In this document: piece after piece, positions 55,662-64,000 of the stretch
Layout: each line of letters starts with the position of its first letter
Position numbering within the stretch: the stretch's first letter is position 1
NCBI GenBank assembly: GCA_951406725.2
Contig: OX597831.1
Coordinates: forward strand, 15,376,001 to 15,440,000
Reading direction: 5' to 3'
Source: Octopus vulgaris
Taxonomy: Eukaryota
DNA: 64,000 bases
The notes under the pieces: generated by a model
The model's database searches: none
What the model saw: the letters and a program-made list of their open reading frames with translations, nothing else
What the model was told of the DNA's origin: nothing
Translations under genes and position numbers: made by a program

Positions 55662-57002
55662 GATATGGAAATGATTTACCTCTAAAAGAATTGTAAAACG
55701 GTAAGGTAATTGACTAAAATTCTGCAGAAATGTTAAATTGCATGAGACAAATGAGAAAAGTAGAAATATATATATATATATATAGATAGATAGATATATA
55801 TGTATAAATATAAGAACATCTATAACAAATGACACTACTGAATCATATGCGAAATTTGAGATACGTAGGGCTGCTACATGTTCAGTGTAAAACAGAAACA
55901 AAATCTCTAGCATGTACGGAGGCGCACGGCGCAAAGCTAAGTCTGAGATTGCTCCTTTGCGATATAATTTCATATCAAGATGATGGTCTTTCCTGTCAAC
56001 CGCTACGTGTGAATGTTGAGCTTTTTTCCGAACGAGCATCACAACTGATTTTTATTTAGTGACGAAATGCATGTGCTGTTTGTGAGGTCATTCCCTCCAT
56101 CAAATCGACGTTTTCTGAACATGTGTACGTTGCACCACATGCCAGTTCTCGAAGTGAACACAGAGAGACGTGAGACGAAGTGTTTTTTCAAGAATACCAT
56201 GCATCATCTGGTCTAGAAATTGAAACCACAATCTCACGATTGTGAGTGCAAAACAATTTCAAATCACTAAATCGCTAAATGGCTGTAAAATTAAAGAGAA
56301 TTGAGATTAAATTCAGGTTATTTGGAGGTAGAGAATAAATAACCAATTATATACTGCCTGGTTGCTCTGTTGCTCGGATTCATGCGAGAATGTATATGCA
56401 AAGATGTATTCATGCACTGGGAATTATGCCAGTATTATTAAATAACCACGGATAGGTTGTCGATATAAATACACACCATGGATGCCTGAAAGAAAGGCGG
56501 AAGGATCAACTTCAAATACACACTTCCAAACGAAGAGATCAAAGACCAGATGGATAGGGCATTCATACTAATTGAAGCATCAATAGATATTATTTTCAAA
56601 AAAGAGAATTTATCCTTTTATCGATCTTTTAAATAGAAATATAACCCCGACTCTCAAATTGAAAACTGTAACAATTCCTTAATAGCTTATGCCTTGGGAA
56701 TTTGCCAATGATATAAACTATATAAAATTAAATATAAATTTGGAGAACATACTGAAAATTGTAATTTTGTGTTTTCGTACTGGGTGAAAGTGCCTTGTAT
56801 TCAATAGTAATATTGTTCAATTAAGACCAAACGAACCTATGAATGCTGAAGGGTAGAGGTATGTGTTAGTCTTACACTGGAAAAAAATTGCGGTAGGAAC
56901 ATGGCTATAGGAAATCAATCGATATAAATAGAGCATCAGGTTTAATCTTTCAGCACGCTGCCACATCAAAATAGAAGTCCATCAGATCGTTACAATCAAA
57001 TG

Positions 57003-57329
57003 GTGAGGGCGCGTGGCTTAGTGGTTATGGCATTCGGCTCATGATCGTAAGGTTGTGAGTTCGATTCCCGGCGACGCGTTGTGTCCTTGAGCAAGACACT
57101 TTATTTCACGTTGCTCCAGTCCACTCAGCTGGCAAAAATGAGTTGTACTTGTATTTCAAAGGGTCAGCCTTGTCACTCTCTGTGTCACGCTGATTATCCC
57201 CGAGAACTACGTTAAGGGTACACGTGTCTGTGGAATGCTCAGCCATTTGCACGTTAATTTCACGAGCAAGCTGTTCCGTTGATCGTATCAGCTGGGACCC
57301 TCGTCGTCGTAACCGGCGGAGTCTTTAAG
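57003..57329 (+). mobile_element. tRNA-derived SINE with 11-bp TSD
   Basis: A box tggcttagtgg, B box gagttcgattccc, gtccttgagcaagacactt core; TSD ACAATCAAATG at 56992-57002 and 57330-57340. Confidence 0.9.
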
Positions 57330-57780
57330 ACAATCAAATGAGATTCTGATTAGAAATGGATTTATTTCTATGACAAAAGATAACTTTCGGGATGTATTTT
57401 GGGTTTCGTGTATAGCATCGATTGAAATGATTTATTTATATTTATATTAACTTATCTAATGCATGAAACAATACACGTTTATAAATGCTATGAACAGAAT
57501 ATAAGTATCTCCTGGTCTGAAGATTCCTTTTTGGATACTGAGTAAAACTCGGAAATATTTGTAAAGTTTAGTTATGAATTGGCCATGTTACTCAAAGCAC
57601 TCAAAGATGACCAGCAGCACATTGCTTACATTCTAATAAAAGTAACATTTCATTAATTAAAATTAACTGGATTAGATAACGCATTGGTGGATATAATAAA
57701 TTTATTTGTGATTTAAGGCTGAAGGTAAAACAAAAGCGAGAAATAGAAATAATGTCGTATATATATATAATGTAATATAG

Positions 57781-57834
<54 letters not shown>

Positions 57835-57861
57835 GTGTGTGTGTGTGTGTGCATATATATA

Positions 57862-57893
<32 letters not shown>

Positions 57894-58725
57894 CATATAT
57901 GTGTGTGCATGTATGTTTGTGTATGTATGCGTATTTGTATAAGCATACGCACACACACACACACATATATGACCTTGTTAAAGTGCGCCTACAACACCTA
58001 GATAGTGTGCTCAAAATGAAGGATAAAAAGGAGAAAGCAATCAATAAATAAATGACAAACCCATGTAATTCTAAATAATCCAATAAGTCAATACGCAGTC
58101 AACATCGCCATTTTGGACAACAGTAAACTGAAGGAGAATATTAGCAGCAAAGCAAATGGTCAACAGGTAAAGAATGAGATGCAAAAGATGAAACCAACTA
58201 AGTGAGAATGGCCGATGGTGGAAGTACAGGACGAAGATGATTGAAAGCAGAAGAACTCACAGAAAAGGCCCTGGAAGAAAGAATGTCGGAGCAGTCTATA
58301 GGTTTTGTGTGAACGGTCCATGCTTGCAGGGAGGCACTGGAACATTCTGCCGATTTTCTCATCCCAAGTTCCGTGCGACTTACTGTCTCATCCCAATCGC
58401 TTCCTGTTTCCAGACTGGAAATATGTGGATGTTGTACGCACTGCTGATATAACACGGTACTTCAACACAATGTGGACAGTAGCAGACGAACTGCAGTGTT
58501 ACTGGATATGGTGGGAAGGAATTAATTCCTCTCAACTGGCAACAACAACCACGGAATCAAAGGTAAACGCGTCGGCCCGTAAGGCCACCATATACAGCGA
58601 ATGATCTAGGGTCACCACCGAAAACACCTCAACAAATACTACACCAGTGCTATCGATAAATTCAGGAGCCTAGTAAGTGCTTAACAACACAAACTACTCT
58701 ACTTTGGAGATCTAGATACATGAAA

Positions 58726-59303
58726 TGAAACAATGCGTATGTCACTAGGGGAAGCGTATCTGCCCATTGGCACAGTAGATGCTGAAATTCACATTCGTAT
58801 GTTGTATGGGGAACTGATTGGAGTGAAAGAACTAAAGGTGGAGTTGCGACGTACACCTGGCAATTGGTCACACCTGTCGAATGAGTCCCCACGATTTGGG
58901 CTATCTGGTTGGCGATATGTAGAACATATTACCATTTTGACTTGCATAATATATACTATTAATGTTGCACAGACTGTCTTTGAATGTAACAGCCAAACAA
59001 CAGGTGTGGCCACTTCCCAGGTGTAATTGTGACGTACACCTGGGAAGTGGCCACACCTGTTGTTTGGCTGTTACATTCAAAGGCAAGTCAAAATGGTAAT
59101 ATGTTCTACATATCGCCAACCAGATACGCCCAAATCGTGGGGACTCATTCGACAGGTGTGACCACTTGCCAGGTGTGCGTCGCAACTCCACCTTTAGTTC
59201 TTTCACTCCTATCAGTTCCATATGCAACATACGAATGTGAATTTCAGCATCTACTGTGCCAATAGGCAGATACTTTTCCTCTAGTGACATACGTATTGTT
59301 TCA
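58726..59303. repeat. Large foldback inverted repeat (~270-300-bp arms, 9-nt loop)
   Basis: Arms 58726-59025 and 59035-59303; loop attgtgacg; ORFs 58733(+) and 58901(-) translate almost identically. Confidence 0.92.
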
Positions 59304-59759
59304 AAATTATGGAAGAGGTATTATCTAAACGAGGTAACAGACTTCACATATTTCTAGATCACACCAACTTACTTAATGTCGGGTGGCTTTAGAGCCATCT
59401 TCTTTCAGGTAAATCATTGTTTGGTCTTAAACATAAACTATTTATGGAGCAAATATTGCACTACCGAAATAGGTATAAAAATGCCCTGCATCTGTGCTTC
59501 ACAAAAATGAAGCGGTCATCCATAATGTTAAAGAAACTTGAAAGGTTTGCTCGAATTCTAACTTAGTACAACTGAGAATGTAAGGTCTGATGAAAACTGG
59601 AAACATGCTATTTATTAGAAGTACTCGATTCCTTTCTAACCTGGTCTTTCATAAAATTGTTCAGAAACTTATACATAAATAGGTACGAAATACAAGTTGT
59701 GTGCCATTGCCTTATGAAGGATATTGAACTTAAAGTTATAATACTTTAAGGCAATCAGG

Positions 59760-60246
59760 CAATTTATATACAGTAAGCTTTGACAGCAGCACAAATTCCC
59801 AGATTCAGTGAAATTCTAATATGGGGCTGAACAAAGATCTGAAACCGTTTAAATTGGTTACAAGACAACAGTGGCAGGTCAATCGAGACAGACCAAGACG
59901 ATGCTCGACCACCAGTTGAACAAAGAACGCTACTCAAGTTACAGGAACTGAACTTGGTAGTATTCTGCAATCCACCATATTCACCAGACATGGCACCAAT
60001 TAAGACAACTTTTTGTAAGGAAACATCCTCAAATCTATAGAAGATGCAAAAACCGCCTTTCGTGATTTTATCACCTTTTTCTCTCCAAAAATTCTTCGCT
60101 GCCGGCATAAATAAGCTGCCGATAAAACGGCAAAATTGTCTTGATAATGTAGGAGCACAATTTTGATTAATGGCATTTATTTTCTTGAGATAAAGTAAAA
60201 TAAACTTTTAGTTCAAAATTGGACATTTTATTCTTAATGACCTGAT
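59760..60246 (+). mobile_element. Mariner transposase 3' fragment
   Basis: NPPYSPDMAP (mariner YSPDLAP motif) at ~59969-59998; TIR-like end ttaatgacctgata. Confidence 0.75.
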
Positions 60247-60251
60247 ATATA

Positions 60252-60305
<54 letters not shown>

Positions 60306-61185
60306 ACTCTCTATCTCTCTATCTATCTATCTATCCATCTATCTATCTATCTATCTATCTATAAATATATGCATAAGTATATACATAGTTAAATGTAAAG
60401 AGGGATATACAATATAACCACGAGGTATATATTCAAATAAGATATCTGATATAATATGGTAATTAGTAATATCATAAAACCATTACGTATCAAATAGGAT
60501 TTCGCTGATTATTTTTCTGTGGAATTCGATAAAAATCCACGAAACCCATGTGAATTAGACGTGGGTTTTTTGTTTTAAAAATGACTTGTTTTGCAAGATT
60601 TTTCTACAGTTCAGGAAAAGTTGACAATTCTCTATTTGGCAAATATATAGCAATTTAATAGACGTACATTCGTCAGGTTGAAGCAGGTATTTTAACAATG
60701 CTTAAAAATTAACACTTTAAGAAAGAAATCAATCAAATAAATCATTCTGCTTTCATCAATCGTTGACAAAGACGAAATAACAAAAAAGAAATGGAAATCA
60801 GGATGTGGAAGATGGTGTTTCATGTTTGTATTTTCGCTATCACATTTGATGAAAATAAATTCCTATTTAAATGTCCATATACGTAGCAACGAAAACGCTG
60901 AATACATTTATCACAGCAATAAAATTTATTTTGTCAGCTCAGACAGTAATTAAAAGAAATATAATAAAATATGATTTGATATTCTTTTGATTTGTGGTTT
61001 GTTCAAAAATAAATTGCCATAAATATTCCCACGCTTTTATGTATTCTGCTAAATGTTTATGTACGTATACGTTGGTTGTATACAACTTATATAAGATATT
61101 ATTAAATAACAGGAAGTTTATTCCCGATATTTGAATTTTATCTATTTATCTATCTGTCTATCTAATTGTCTGTCGGTCAGTCTGT

Positions 61186-62342
<1,157 letters not shown>

Positions 62343-62540
62343 ATAATCCAATAAAAATGGTAAATAATTTTTCAGTGGTTTTTCATACAACCAACAATTA
62401 TTTACCGGTAAATTTCGGTATGTAAATATGACAATTTCAGCGTCAGGAACTTCTGTAAAGTTCAGTATATAGTAAAAATAATTGAAAGGGCGGGTATGCG
62501 GCGAAGCAGCCTGTTGCCCGCCCTTTTAATCATTTTTATG

Positions 62541-62578
<38 letters not shown>

Positions 62579-63443
62579 TACTCTTTTACTCTTTTACTTG
62601 TTTCAGTCATTTGACTGCGGCCATGCTGGAGCACCGCCTTTAGTCGAGCAATCGACTCCGGGACTTATTATTTGTAAGCCCAGGACTTATTCTATCGGTC
62701 TCTTTTGCCGAACCGCTAAGTGACGGGGACGTAAACACACTAGCATCGGTTGTCAAGCAATGCTAGGGGGACAAAAACAGACACAGAAACACACACCTAC
62801 ACACATATATATATATATATATAACGGGAAGCTTTATGAAAATAGACAAAAGACGAAGGCAGGTGGAAAACAAACGAACAATTGTATTAGTATGGCGCTC
62901 AGGAAATATAAATAAAACAAGTCTTTAACGTTTCGAGCCTACGCTCTTCAACAGAAAGATACACAGAGAGAAAAAAAAACACAGAAAGAAGGAGAGAAAA
63001 ATGCGTGCAGTAGCTAACGAATCAACATGGCGATCTGATATATATATATATATATATCCTATTTCATGTTTAATTTGTTTTAACCATTAGATCGTGGCCA
63101 TGCTGGGGTACCGCCTAGACGCATTTTAGTCAAGCGAAGTGACACCAGTACTTATCTCTTTTAAGCCTAGCATATAAGACATCGATCTCTATGATCGAGC
63201 CGCTAAGTCGATGGAAGCTAAACACGTGAACACTGGTTGTGAAACGGAGGTGGGTTAAGAATACAGGTGTGAAAACACACCTATGCATGTACACACACAC
63301 ACTCCCCCCTCTCTCTCTCAAACACACATACCGACATACATACTTACATCAATTTTCGGTCATTTGTTGGTATTCAAAAATTGGCACTTCAAATCGGAGA
63401 ATATGTATTTGTATATTTTTATACAGTTATATATATATATATA

Positions 63444-63539
<96 letters not shown>

Positions 63540-63676
63540 CAAACTAAGGTTATAGAACAAACAACTGCAAGGTCATCCGCATAGCATTTCATAATTCGAA
63601 CATTTAATCATAGAATATACATATAAACATCCCGCAAGATGGAACGTAATTCATCTGCACAAGCAGACTAGCATAT

Positions 63677-63721
63677 AATAATAATAATAAGGTGCGAGAA
63701 AAAATTCTAGAGTTAATATTT

Positions 63722-63772
<51 letters not shown>

Positions 63773-63903
63773 TATATATTTTTATATACCTATATATTTT
63801 TTATATATTACTCATATTATATTTTTACTTTCTACGTCTTTTTAAAAAAAATGTATTTTTTCTGAATCGCTAAAATATTAACTCTAGAATTTTTTCTCGC
63901 ACC

Positions 63904-63915
<12 letters not shown>
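63677..63915. repeat. ~45-bp perfect inverted repeat around a (TA)n, ending in (ATT)n
   Basis: ataataataataaggtgcgagaaaaaattctagagttaatatttt / aaaatattaactctagaattttttctcgcaccttattattattat. Confidence 0.8.
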
Positions 63916-63996
<81 letters not shown>

Positions 63997-64000
63997 GCTT

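Noticed and set aside
57003-57075. tRNA-like sequences with A/B boxes (also 42579, 49397, 21910)
   Set aside because: SINE heads: no proper acceptor stem, and most continue into SINE bodies, with TSDs at 49397 and 57003.

Overview
AT-rich, microsatellite- and SINE-dense animal genomic DNA. The repeat content suggests a cephalopod, probably Octopus (inference). Most ORFs in the track are microsatellite artefacts. Reading splice sites by hand reveals a head-to-tail tandem cluster on the + strand of small, intron-rich paralogous genes that the ORF track misses. They encode secreted proteins with a 17-18 aa signal peptide and a six-cysteine module, C-X7-C-X16-C-X8-C-X7-C-X11-C. Gene B (CDS 16548-30837, 147 aa) has two modules from an exact two-exon duplication. 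Gene C (CDS 41789 or 44713 to 51968, 82-83 aa) has one module and two alternative signal-peptide exons. The last two exons of a third paralogue (gene A) lie at 3046-4350. All three share a short stop exon followed by a 3'-UTR intron. I cannot assign the protein family. The rest is transposon debris: CR1-type LINEs, an R4/Dong-type RLE LINE in (AAT)n tracts, a rearranged Penelope element, Tc1/mariner/maT fragments, foldback MITEs and three SINE families. It also contains several Penelope-type hammerhead ribozyme motifs, one with an intact core at 6256-6352.
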